The notes beneath the pieces were generated by a model that saw nothing but the letters and a program-made list of their open reading frames with translations, was not told the origin of the DNA and did not search any database. Below are positions 34,866-46,830 of a DNA stretch of 64,000 bases, in pieces. A program made the translations under genes and the position numbers. Each line of letters opens with the position of its first letter. The stretch's first letter is position 1. The stretch is from Eukaryota sp. TZLM1-RC (lineage: Eukaryota > Protista > Metamonada: BaSk clade): assembly GCA_040285825.1 (NCBI GenBank), contig JAUPSS010000004.1, forward strand, positions 6,601,784-6,665,783, read 5' to 3'.

Positions 34866-36928
34866 GATATTTTTCAATTCAAAAAATCAAAAATATATTT
34901 TTAACTTGGATTTTAAAAATGTCTTCAATTCTGTACATCGAAGTGCAGTTTATGATGTTATTCAAAAAGAATTTCCAGAAATACCCAGCTATTTTTATTT
35001 ATTTTATGGTAAAGCTAGTGAACTGATTTATGATTGTTATACTCTATTCTCATCTTCTGGAGTTAAGCAATCCTCTTGAGCCCTTACTGTTCTGATTAGC
35101 AATTGACAAGTCTTTGACTCATTTCAGTACACGTTATCCTATGTTGAAAATAGTAGGATACATGGATGATATCTCAATTATTGGACCTTTAAATGTTTTA
35201 AATGAAATTGCTTCTGAAGCCTCACTTTTTTACAAGAAGATTGGTCTTTTGCTCAACCCCGACAAATGTCCTCTCTTAGACAATGAAAAGGATAGTTTAA
35301 TCATTGATAATGTTGAGATTCCTTTTGTAAACTATTCCTCAGACGCAGTTCGCTTCCTTGGTTGTTGGTTTGGAAATGTTTTTCAAATTTACCCATGAAT
35401 TAAATAGACTTTTAATGAAATTGGGCTCTGACCTTGATACAATTTCTTCATTTGAAATAGAAACATATTGAATTTTTTATTTCAAAAATTTGTTATTCTA
35501 AAAAATTACTCACACTTTGAGAACAACTTCTTCTGATATTTCACGTGATTTTTGCCGCTCATTTAATTACATGAGGACAAATTTTTTTGCATCATTGATT
35601 GATGTCAATACTGAACTAATTCGAAGTCATGTATTTTCATCATCTAATTTTGGTGGAATTATCTTCACTAAATCGTCTTTTCTCTGTCAAGCTGCTTTCC
35701 TTGGTGGAGGGAAAAATTTGTTTTTGAATTTTGCAACCGTTTTCCCAATGATGTTAATTGAGTGAATTCTACAAGCAATAATTATTTACAAGACCATGAA
35801 AATGCCTTTGATTTTCTGCCTTTTTGAAATCTAAAGTAAATGTTTTCCTGATAATGTGCAGGAAATAGCACCTAGAACACTAGTTAATTTGAGGTATTGT
35901 GTTAAAAAATTGCAACAAAAATTAACAATTTTTGTGAAGGCTTGGATTTTAATGTTCGTCTTGGCTCGCCCAAAAAAGATAATCCCGCTTTTGCACATTT
36001 TCGTTAGATGCTCAAACTAGTTCTTCATCTTCTTCAATTTCTCATATTCCTCAAAATTATGGTCTTCTTTTAGATGATACCACATTTTCTTGTACAATGC
36101 GCCTTTGATGTTTCATTTGGCCCAATGACGTTCCTCATAATTTGGTTTGTAAATGTGGATCAAAATTTTTTTCAAATCATTTGTTTATCTGTAAACATTG
36201 TATTACTTTTTGATCGAAAGTCCATGATACAGTTAGAGATCAGCTCCATTGTATGTCTAAGTCTTCTCAGAATTTTCTGCTATTTGGAACCTTTGCTTTC
36301 TCGTTTGGTTGATGATGACGCTTTGAATTCTTTTGGTCGTAACAGAGGTGATTTAATGCTTGAAGCACTGGATGGAACCACTATCATTACTGTTGTGAGA
36401 TCAACTGATGTGTGTAATTATGCTTTCATACCATTAGCTCAGTCAAAACACAAGAATCCGCTCTCTGTTTTTTTTGACCAAAATTTTAATTTTATTCAAA
36501 ACCTATAAATCAACATCTAAAAAAATCCGCTCTCTGTTGCCGAAAATTCTAAAATTGGTAAATATAAAGCAAAGTTGGTTTCCTTGAATGCTGAGTCTCA
36601 CACTCATTATGTCCTTTGTCCATTTGCCTTTTCCTTACATAATACGCTTGGACCAGTTGCTTTATTTTTTGTGGATGATTTTGTTGAAATTGTAAAACAA
36701 CGTACAGGAAGAATTTTGGACAAAAACGTTTTGGCAGAACAGAATTGCATTGTCAATTTTTAAAGGTGTTGTCCCGTTATTGTCTTCTGCTTTATTATCT
36801 CTTGGTCGTTTTTATGAAGGAAAAACTTCCAGTCCATTTTTGTTGGCTGATTTGGGATATGAGGATTGTGAATTTTAATTTTTGTGTTCAGTTTTTTACA
36901 CGTAATAAAATAAAAATTTTGAAAAAAA
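34866..36928 (+). mobile_element. Decayed CRE/RLE non-LTR retrotransposon family 3
   Basis: IFNLDFKN.FNS, GVKQ, GYMDD, AAFLGGGKN, RNRGDL and A-rich tail at about 36905-36928. Confidence 0.88.
36470..36523 (-). mobile_element. 54-bp 3' tip of CRE family 2 inserted antisense into family 3
   Basis: Matches 24617-24672, with a perfect 15-bp TSD AATCCGCTCTCTGTT (36455-36469, 36524-36538). Confidence 0.88.
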
Positions 36929-39900
36929 CTGAGAAGTTTTCATTATTTCAGCTGTTTTTGGGTTCTTTGAAAAAGATGTATTTTCAATGCAAAAAAGATT
37001 TATTGCTTCATGTGCAATACAATCTGAGCCGATTTTGGAACTCTTTGATCATTGTAAAACTATTCACTTGTTTTTGATACGGAGGAAGGATTTCTATTGT
37101 TATTTTTTCAAGTTTGTATTGATCACAAACCAGACGTTTTGACAGGTTTTAATATTAAATATTGAATTTTCGATTATTATGCAACGAATCGGCAATTGAT
37201 GGTAATTCTTTTGCAGAAATAATGAAATCACATGATATCCAACCCTTTGTATCCGCTCTAATTTTAATGGTTTAACTATTTGTGCTTCATTTTTGTGTGC
37301 CAAAAATTTTCTGCATCAAAGTCTAATAGGTCCTTGAGGTTTCTTAGTTGGTCCCTTTTAAATGAGTTTAAAGAACATCTTCATGATACATTTGAAAACC
37401 TTTTACCAATTGATTGTATTAGAAGTCAACCTCTAATTTCAATTAATTATTCATCCAAAGATAGTGTCCTTGCTTTAAAATTGTTTCTACTGTTTCAATC
37501 AAACAAGGTGGTTCGACCTACTTTTGTTACTCACAAAACCATATTGAGATCTATTGCCAGGCATAGAGGATTGAGGCTTTTGTTAAGCTATTTTGCTCAA
37601 TTAGTTCACAGATTGAGAATGAACACGTTATATTGCCTTAAATAATTTCTTCTACACTTAACTGAAAATGGCCTAGATTTTCCTGTTATAACTCGAAAAG
37701 AAGTAGAACAAATTCAAAAGTTGCTTAGTCAGATTTCGACCAATAGAGAACAAAATTAAAAAAATAATTAAAAGAGAATTGAACTCAATGAAGGAAGATC
37801 TGCTTCAATTAATGAGAACTTGAAATTTTTTGTTGATAATAATTATAAGCAGTTAATGGTAAATAATGGTGGTATTCCTCTCTTTCCCATTATTGATTGT
37901 ACTAGATTGAGGGCCTCCATCGCATATACTATTAAAACAAATGTAGAAGTTAATATTGAAAATTTTTTAATCTATATTTTGAGAAAATGGAAGTTGAAGA
38001 GATGACCCAAAAAGAAAAGTCTGTTCTTCGTTGGAGGTTACATCAAGTCAAAAATCTATTTTTTCGGACGAATGGTGACAATCTTTCCATTACTGATGAC
38101 AAAGTTGACAATTTCATTAAACTTTCTGATAGTGAAATCTTGAACGAAGACAATAAAAAAAGTTTGAATCAATCAGCAAAAACTGTTATTTTCAACAGTA
38201 CTCATTCCAATATTTGCAAGTTCTTAAAAGATGAAAATTGGATGATTTCAATTTTTCCTAGACCTTTTGTGGTGAAAAATTCAAAAAATGAGATTAATTC
38301 AAAAAATTACTTTCCACTGTGTAAAAACAACCCCAATCTGTTATCGATTCAGCTATCGAAATTAATAACTTTATAGAAGAAGCAGAGGGAAAACATTTAA
38401 TGCCATTCCAATTGTTCGAAACGAAACTCCTGCATTTTTTTGAAGTTGAAAGCCAAAGACTATGGGGTATTTTGGGTTCTGTTTTTACAGATGAAATTAC
38501 TGACAAACAAAATAATTCGGAGTGGAATTCAATGACTGACATTCAACGTATGAGTCCAGAAGAACAAAATTTATTTTGGTCATATTTTTTTTGAATTTAA
38601 TAGACCATTTACTAATAAAGGCTACAAATTTAACAGCACCATGAAAACTGATGGTTTTGCAACCTGTATTGAGCTTGCAAGAGAGGATTGTATTGGCATG
38701 TCATTCAAGCGTGATAGTGCAAAGTTTGCAACCGCTGAAAACTATTTGGATGATTTTGATGTTGAATTTCTATCATCAAAACATAAAGTACATATTGACC
38801 CTGGTAAAAATATTTTGCTTTATTTTTGTAGTCAAAGAAGATTCAAACTTAATGCAAAAAACCAACTAAAAAGAGATAAACAATATGAGTGGCTGAGATT
38901 GACAGAATTGGAGTGGTCAAGGGTATCGAGAGTTCACCAAAAATTCAGAAAATTGAAAAAGAAAGAGTACATTTTGCAAAATGGGATCACAGTGGAAGAA
39001 ATAGAAGCTACATCATCAAAAGAATAATCAAAATCTTTTATTTATGCTAATTCCTATTCTTATGTTACTTCCAGCTGACAAACATGACATTTACATTTGA
39101 ATACTACTGTTTAATGATATGGCGCATTCAGAAAAATGCAAAGATATGTTCATCATCAGAAAACAGAGGCTAAGTTATTAAAAAGAATGGCTGAAAAGCA
39201 AATGCAGCAAGAAGACACTATCCTAATGTTTGGTGACAATGGCAATGAGAGAAAATATTTAAAGCATCATCGATCAAGTAGAGGAGTTTGATGGAGAAAT
39301 TTCTTTAAGAGAAATGGTTATACAGTATGTTTAGTGGATGAAAGAAACACATCTTCAAAGTGTCCCACTTGTTATAACCCAGTAAATGTATTTCTTGATG
39401 TTGAAAATCCAAGACCATGGATGAGAGAGAAGTGCCCTAATGTGAAATGTCATGCTTTGTTGAGATGTCGATCTGAAGTGTGTAGTGAAGAATGTGATGG
39501 AAACGATAAGGTATGGAACCGTAACAAGTTAGCATGTATCAACATCAAGGCAAGTGTAGATTATTTTGTAGAGGATAGTGTTGGTGATAGGGCTCCATAT
39601 TTGTCTCAAGTTATAGCTTTTTACTACAGTGAATCTGTAGCATTTTTGGATTTTTCAACTTGCCCTTTGTTCTTCGGTTTTGTCCAAGTGGATAAAATTC
39701 TCAATGTAACATATTAATACATAATAAAACAAGTTGCATCAAAAATAAAACACCTTTTGGGCTATGGAATACTTAACTTGTGACTCTTTTGAGTCATTAG
39801 ATGGTGTTTACATCATTCTATTCCATCAGACAACCATAGATGAAATTCTTATACCTGAATTTTTGGGATGAGATAAACATCATGTCTAAACTCATTCACA

Positions 39901-40156
39901 TTCAAAGGGAAATTCGTATTATGATCTTCCTCAAAGAAAAAAGCACAAAAAACATTGTAATTATCCAGGAAAGGAAGAACGAGGTACATAAATTTATTGA
40001 TCAAGTCTCCATTCGAGATTTTGGAAAATAGGATTATAGTTTTCGCTATAGTGTGGATTAATGCTGCTGGTCCTGATTGACTTAATGAACATGCTGGGGA
40101 CAATAGTTGAGACCGGTCAACTCTCTTTTTTATTTTTCAACCATCTTTCCATAACT

Positions 40157-41325
40157 TTTTTATTCAACAACGAATATGAAAACATAAAATACACAATTAA
40201 AACTCCACATCCTCAAAACCTGCCTCCTCTACATCAAAGCAATTAGTTGCCAAAGATTGAGAAAATTTCCTCAAAGAAGACAGAGAATCAGAAATCAGTT
40301 TTACCATTCCCTTAAAAATAGAAAATACAATCCTATTTTGCCAGTAAACACGATTGAAATTCCTCCAGTTCTTTCCTTTACAACTACAACAAAATCCTCA
40401 AGCCATAGCAGCCTTACCCAAAGATCCAAGCAAAGAAAATACAAAAGGACATAAATTATATTGAACATGAGAATTTTCATTAATCGAGGAAATGGGTTTC
40501 GCATATTTTGCAATTTTATATTTTTCGCCTGCATGAAGAGGATTATTGACATCCGAGTTAATGAGATGTTCGTTAGAGGAATTACAAGGGTCAATAGACA
40601 TGGCGTCTAAAATAGTAAAACTACCATTGAAACCGGGAACAACTAGATCACCTCTTGTCAGACCTATAGAAGCTCTGTTGTAGCGCGTACTATCAATATT
40701 GGGGTCATCAAGAATTAATTTTGATAACAGCGGTTCTAAAAAGGAATCTACTCGATATGATATGCACATTACATAAATTTGGTCCCTGACGTTATTATGC
40801 ACTTTGCTTCTAAATGTAATGAAATGTTTACAGTTCAAAAGATGAGTAAACAAAAGAGGCTTACCACATTTACAAGTTAAATGATTCGGCAAATTGTTTG
40901 GCCACAGAAAACAACGAAAACGCATGTTTAAAAGCCATTCATTGTTTTTTAACAAAAGTCCATAAACGGAGGGAATTTGAGTTACTAAAGCAGCAGCAAA
41001 GCTATCACGAATATCCTTTAAAAAATTACCGAAAGCGGGATTTTTAGTTTTGGCCAAGCCAAGTCTTACTTCATAATCCAAGCCTTCATATAATTTAACC
41101 AGATGGTGCTGAAGCTTTTTCATGCAAAAACGTAAATTTGGAAGTGATCGGGTGGGAATTTCTTGAATATTTTGAGGAAAACACTGAATCCAGATATCAC
41201 TAGGCAAATTATCTAATTCAATTTGAAGTTGATTCAATTAAAAATTTGATTCACAATGGATCAAATGAACATCATAGGGAAACCTTTGGAAAAATTCAAA
41301 AACAAAATTTTTTCCACCTCCTAAA
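40157..41325 (-). mobile_element. 5'-truncated CRE/RLE family 1 retrotransposon
   Basis: CKCG..HLLNC, FRSKVH and RGD..LDA; homologous to 537-1209. Confidence 0.9.
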
Positions 41326-41413
41326 CAATCTTAAAGTAAAGGTTATCAGTAGATAAATCAGAGGAAGATTTAATTGCAAACTTATTAAATACTTATAGTA
41401 CCTCAACCCACCT

Positions 41414-42583
41414 ATGACTATATTGGCTTCATTGGAACTAACACCGTCCTCAATCATTACGGGTATTTCAACAGAACACAAGCATGTTTCCTGTACATAT
41501 GGCTTTGGCTCACAGAAACCTACAGTTCCATTCTTAATGACCAGAGTCTGTGGCCCACCAATACGACTTCTTCCTGAACCAATAGAACCTCAACTCAAAC
41601 CATCCAATGATCAACACATCAAAAGCATTGTCTCCAACTTTCTTCTCTTTTTGTCTCAGCGCCTAGGCTACAAACGCATCGCTTGTCGTCTTTGCTGCTC
41701 TCTCTTTGAAACCCCAACTGATCTTCACTCACATATACTCTCCTCTCACTCAGACCACATTACCACCTCCCTCTCTGCCTACAAGCACTACTCTGCACCC
41801 CAGTTTGAAACCTCCATTTTCTCTGACCTATGCTCCCAACCTCGACAGTCTTCTCACGTTCACCCAAGATGCGCACCTCCTTTTCTTCCCCCTCTGGTCT
41901 CTGCCACTATATCAAAGAAGGATGTGAAGCGAAGACAGAAAGCGGCTATTGTTTCTGCCTCTTTTTTACCTTTTTCTGGAATGAATCATTTAGGGTTTAA
42001 CAATTTGTGTAATTCATTGGAGAATTTCTTCTTTGAATTGGGTCCTATTAAGAAATCCGAGGATAATGGTAGTCAACCAAAAGTCCAGAAAGCTGTCAGA
42101 AAAAAGAAGACCAATCAATCAAATAACCAGGAAAGTATTGAACCTCCTTCAGCTCAATTGGTTCCCGATATCAGTGAAGAAGTCTCCATACCTGATGACA
42201 CCCCTCAAAAGCCAAAGGAAAATGGAAAAGCTTTGAGGAAGAAAAGAGCAAAGCAAAGTAGAAAAATGGCAAGATTGTCTGCCATGGAGAATTTTATGAC
42301 CGGTTTGATTGAATCAGTCGTGTCGAATGGTTTCCTTGCTGGAATTGCACGTGAAGCAGTTACTGAAATCGCCCAATCAGTTGTTGATGGTCAAACCTCT
42401 GATTCTGACTGTGAACGACATCTTCCCGATAAGTCAGTCGAATGTCCCCTTGATGATGTTGATTCTTCTGTCCTGGATATGGTGGACAGGGAAAATTCTA
42501 TTAATGGCAGTGTTGAATTTGGGTTCATGCGAAGCTTGTCTATATTTAGGAGTAATTCAAATAATTCTTTTATGGATGAATAA
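41414..42583 (+). CDS. Hypothetical protein with a C2H2-like zinc finger
   Basis: 389 aa; CRLCCSLFETPTDLHSHILSSH. Confidence 0.65.
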   Translation: MTILASLELTPSSIITGISTEHKHVSCTYGFGSQKPTVPFLMTRVCGPPIRLLPEPIEPQLKPSNDQHIKSIVSNFLLFLSQRLGYKRIACRLCCSLFETPTDLHSHILSSHSDHITTSLSAYKHYSAPQFETSIFSDLCSQPRQSSHVHPRCAPPFLPPLVSATISKKDVKRRQKAAIVSASFLPFSGMNHLGFNNLCNSLENFFFELGPIKKSEDNGSQPKVQKAVRKKKTNQSNNQESIEPPSAQLVPDISEEVSIPDDTPQKPKENGKALRKKRAKQSRKMARLSAMENFMTGLIESVVSNGFLAGIAREAVTEIAQSVVDGQTSDSDCERHLPDKSVECPLDDVDSSVLDMVDRENSINGSVEFGFMRSLSIFRSNSNNSFMDE

Positions 42584-42736
42584 ATTTGATAATATTTTTA
42601 ATGATGTTTGTAAAAAAAGATTGATTGAATTTTAATGAAAACTTAGAACCAATTTATAATTTCTGATTTCCAATTGATTTCAATATTAAATAAAAAATCC
42701 GATTATTCACAAACAAAATTTAATATACAACACCCC

Positions 42737-44236
42737 TTACTGAGTCTGAGCCAGCCTACGTGGCCTGTACTTGGCACTTGTTCTTGACCGTTCCAATGAA
42801 GATGGGGTGAATGAGTATTTTACATCCACTTTTCTTTCTTCTTCTTGATCTATTGAAAACCTCGACAAGTCTTTGGCAAAATGTGAAGGGGTTGGTGGTG
42901 GTCTAGTTGATGAAGGTCGGGGTCTTTCTAGTCGAGATATTTCCTTTGAATACCATTGAATTAGTTCAGTTTGTTTGGAATTTTGCTCCTTCAACTGTGA
43001 AATTTCACTATGAGCCTTTTTGAGCTCTTCTGTCACTTCCAAAAATTTCATCTTTTCTTGTTGAACAGCATTACTCGCCTCTTCCAACTCCTCCTCAACT
43101 CTTTCAGCTCTGCTCCTCATCTCATCAGCAGTTCTTGAGGCCTCTCGCCTCCCATGTCTAGCCCTATCAAGGCCTTCTCTGTACTCCACCAGTCTCGCGT
43201 TTGCTTCTTCCAATGCAGCGGTCAAGTCTAGGTTCTCCGCAGAAAGATTATCAAACTTTGTTTTCAAGGAAGAAAGTTCAGAATTGGTGGATGATTTATG
43301 ATCTGACAGCGAATTTAATTGGGATTTTTGACCTTGTATGACGTTATTGAGTTCAGAATTTTGATCTTTAAGACTCGTGATTGATTGATTTAATGATTGA
43401 ATTTCAGTTTCCTTTAGAGACAGTGTGGATTTCAACCTATCAATTTCTGATTGGAAGTCTTCAATTTTCAATCTTAATGACCCATTATCACGTGTCAAAT
43501 CAGAAATTTGGCCCTCTAATTGAGCCACAGATTTGGCATTGGTCAGGGAAAGTCTCTCTATTTCAGTCTTTAAATCAGAAGATTCCTTCAAAAGTCGTTC
43601 AATTTCTACTTGACCTTGATTGACTTTTTCTTCCAAATTCTGGCTGATTTTGATCTTCTCTTCCTCTAAATTCTCATTAATAGAAATCAATTCGTTAATT
43701 TTTGCATCAAACTGGATGGACCTTGTATCGTAATCTCTCTGTAACTCATGTAATTGTTTCCTGAGAGCATCTACCTCCGCAACAGAATGGGACAACCTTG
43801 CAGCAAGGAAACCAGCCAAAATGTCATCAGAGGCACGCATGAGGTTAAGAGAAAGCTCAGCATGCCGGCCGTACTTGGTTCTTGCAACAAATCCAAATCT
43901 AGGGGAGGTTCCAAGGAAAAACTCGCCATACATGGAAGAATCGGTTTGGCAATCATTTAAGAGTTCTTCAACTTTCTGACTGAAGTGGGAGAAGTCAAAT
44001 TCAAGTCGTTGTTGCTCACGAAGGGTATTGAATGAAGAATCGTCGAGATCACAATAGTAAAAGAAGATAGGGTCGATTTGGGGATCTCGTGTTACAATGA
44101 AGCGAAGTTGACCAGGTCTCAGCTTTACAAGACGAATGAATAAAGGGTCGTCAATCGATGGACAGTCCACAAAGTCGCTGGAGGCTGTCACAACAACAGA
44201 GTCAAGTTTTTTGTCCAGCAGTGTTTCCTGTATCAT
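42737..44236 (-). CDS. SAS6: Centriole cartwheel protein SAS-6
   Basis: N-terminal head DP.FFY...L....F..L..QQ.L..DF..F...L..C, followed by a long coiled coil. Confidence 0.88.
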   Translation of the reverse strand: MIQETLLDKKLDSVVVTASSDFVDCPSIDDPLFIRLVKLRPGQLRFIVTRDPQIDPIFFYYCDLDDSSFNTLREQQRLEFDFSHFSQKVEELLNDCQTDSSMYGEFFLGTSPRFGFVARTKYGRHAELSLNLMRASDDILAGFLAARLSHSVAEVDALRKQLHELQRDYDTRSIQFDAKINELISINENLEEEKIKISQNLEEKVNQGQVEIERLLKESSDLKTEIERLSLTNAKSVAQLEGQISDLTRDNGSLRLKIEDFQSEIDRLKSTLSLKETEIQSLNQSITSLKDQNSELNNVIQGQKSQLNSLSDHKSSTNSELSSLKTKFDNLSAENLDLTAALEEANARLVEYREGLDRARHGRREASRTADEMRSRAERVEEELEEASNAVQQEKMKFLEVTEELKKAHSEISQLKEQNSKQTELIQWYSKEISRLERPRPSSTRPPPTPSHFAKDLSRFSIDQEEERKVDVKYSFTPSSLERSRTSAKYRPRRLAQTQ

Positions 44237-44899
44237 TGCCTATAACCAGTAGCAGAATGTGCCTATAAATAGTTTAGGCGTTTAAAACGCTTACCAATTG
44301 ATTTTTGTTTTTTCGATTTCTAAAGAGAATGTTCCCTTTACAGAACATGTGAAAGCAATGAAAACAAGTGGTCTTTTGTAAGCATTATACTTTACAATAT
44401 CATTCCATTTTGTTATTGTGTTGTTTGTTTTTTCTTTGATTTCGTTCGCACACAAAGTTCAATTTTCATTTTTAATCGAAAGTATCTGTTACAACATTAC
44501 AGGAGACAAAGTCAACCAAAATATCAGAGTTATCAATCCAATCATATCCAATGTCACCTCTGTCATCAAAACCAGGATTTAAATAATTATTTTTCCTTTA
44601 TTCTCTTTTTTATTCGTGGTGATTCTTTCAGTAATGGTTCTTTTACATGCACTTTTTGTCATATTCAGTATTGTGTTTCAAACCTTCGCTCTTTTAATTC
44701 CTTTAATAGTGACTTCAGTGAATTGTATCGGTGAGCAACCACTTATTTACACGCTTTTACGACACATGGAAAATATTGTTCCCAACATTGTTTCACAGAA
44801 TAAAAGAGAGCTTATATTCTGCGTTTATCACAAAAGAGGTTGAAATTAATACTAGAATACATTCATTAAATTAAATTACAATTAAAATGACCACCACTA

Positions 44900-45913
44900 T
44901 CAACTAAGCTGATCCCTATAAACATGCAACAATCCCCTCAACTTTTGGGTGTTCTTCTTTCCTCTACTCCTGGCTCTCTGCTTGGCTTTGATTTCTTGAC
45001 TGATTTTTTGAATACTGACTGTGACATCGTCAACAGAACAATTACAATCAATCCGCTTCTTTAATTCAGTCTGCAACCCAGATAGTTTGTTTTGTAATTC
45101 ATTCAACTCAGGGGTCCACCTCCCCTTTTTACCCCCTCCAATATCCTTCTTGGCCCTGGATTCCTGGGCTAGGGCTCTAACAGAATGTGTAGTGGAAGCA
45201 GATGCTGTGCTGACATAAGGAAGGATGACGTCAACAGTTTTTGATTTTTTGGGAGTAGTCGGCCTTCGACGTGGTCTTGAAACAGCTCTAGTCTTGGTTT
45301 TCCCTAACCGGTCTACAAGACTCTGATTGACTTGGACTAATGATTCTAAAGATTGTTGTAATTGTTCAATAAGTGCTTGGGATCTGGAGTTGCTTTCTTC
45401 AGCAGCAATCTTGGCTCTTTCCATCTCAATTGCTTTCTTCTTCAAGGTTGATACTTCATGTTCAAATTCTGTAAGCTTGGACTTTGAAAATGAACGTTCT
45501 TCATTGAGTTTTTGCTTGAGGTAGACGTTTTCTTCGTTTAATGATTCATCAGTGTAAGCTCCCAACACTGGGGATCGGGAAGTAAGACTTGACTGGGATT
45601 GAAGCTGGTCAATTTGCTGTTGAAGGGATTGAATTTGGCGTCGGAGATCAGCATTTTCTTTAAGTAGAGGATCGGTGGAGGGGCTTGTCTGTTGTAGCAT
45701 ACGACTCTGTTCAACCTTGCTGCGAAGATTGCTGATTTCTTGCTCGTATTCTGATCGTTCAGACTGTAATTGATTTATACGATCTTGTAGTGTTTGGAGA
45801 GCATTGAGAACAGCCCTGGAAGTTCCAGAAGAAGGAGAAACTGATCTACTGGAAGAAACTGGGACTCCAAAAAGTGGAGACGAAGTGTACTTTGAGTAAT
45901 CGTCAAAGGACAT
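44900..45913 (-). CDS. CEP57/translokin-like coiled-coil protein
   Basis: SRAVLNALQTLQDRINQLQSER and LPYV..S...HSVRA resemble the two conserved CEP57 blocks. Confidence 0.65.
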   Translation of the reverse strand: MSFDDYSKYTSSPLFGVPVSSSRSVSPSSGTSRAVLNALQTLQDRINQLQSERSEYEQEISNLRSKVEQSRMLQQTSPSTDPLLKENADLRRQIQSLQQQIDQLQSQSSLTSRSPVLGAYTDESLNEENVYLKQKLNEERSFSKSKLTEFEHEVSTLKKKAIEMERAKIAAEESNSRSQALIEQLQQSLESLVQVNQSLVDRLGKTKTRAVSRPRRRPTTPKKSKTVDVILPYVSTASASTTHSVRALAQESRAKKDIGGGKKGRWTPELNELQNKLSGLQTELKKRIDCNCSVDDVTVSIQKISQEIKAKQRARSRGKKNTQKLRGLLHVYRDQLS

Positions 45914-46189
45914 ATGCGAGTGTAGCAAACGTTCTAATCACCAAATGAACAAAGTATGGGTGAATTTACTCCTGGAACAGCCACTTTTTAAAACTCAACC
46001 CAAAACTTTCACTACTGCTTTTACCTACTCAAACCCTATCAATTGAATGACGAGAGATTTTTGTTAGTCACTTGAACAGCAACTCTCTTATTATAAAACT
46101 CCGTAATGTTATTCAAAGTGGAGTTAAAATATCGAGGAAGAGCTTTCAATAACGAGAATGCAATTCTGACCATCCAAGTCTAAAAATAA

Positions 46190-46830
46190 AATGTACGACC
46201 ACTTTCTTTGAAAAGTTGCCCTAAATCAGCTAAAAGGTTTAGACCTTCATTTCCAATGGTTTTAAAAATAAGAAATAGCAATTGGGACAAATTTGATGTT
46301 TCTACCTCTTGCTCCATTGAGACATTGTAGAAGGGCTTCGTATTTTGATTTCTTGGAAAACTCTGCAACTTTGAGTAAATGTTGATTGTCAGAATTGGGA
46401 CTCCTATTCCTATGGAGCAGAGCGATGGATTGATGGCATACAAAATTTCAAGCCCATATCTCTCATCAACACTTGATGAATTTTGACCTCAAGAAACCTC
46501 ATTCTCGGGATAAATACATAATGTACGTGAATCTTATTCTTGCTGATAATGAAAATCCTGATGCACATTACAATCTATGTCCCTTTGTTTTTTCTTTGCT
46601 TGGTTCTTTAGTTAAGGTTGCTGTGGGATTTCTTGAAGATTTGAGTGACTGCAAAAAAGACACTGGAAGAAATAAAAAGAATTTTCAATGACCAAATTGA
46701 AATGTGTCAATTGACAAGTAATTGGTGGCATCTATTTTTGATTCACTTTCTTTCTTTGGTCGATTTTCAGAGTTCAAGTAAAAAACTGCATCGATATTGC
46801 AGAGGCAGCTTTTGAGGATGTGTCACTGTA
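46190..46830. mobile_element. Mixed decayed CRE/RLE fragments
   Basis: AHYNLCPFVFSLLGSL..KK.TGR on plus, and a weak RLE-like tail on minus. Confidence 0.6.

Larger units (their letters stand above)
34735..39664 (+). pseudogene. Exonuclease-Fanzor fusion (family B), decayed, interrupted by a non-LTR insertion (about 34866-36930)
   Basis: QWVNNQ|EVFIISAV joins across the insertion. Also PDVLTGFNI (ExoII, about 37130-37160), NYSSKDSVLALKLF (ExoIII), KTDGF, IDPGKN (RuvC-I), VDERNTSSKCPTC and WNRNKLACIN. Confidence 0.82.
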
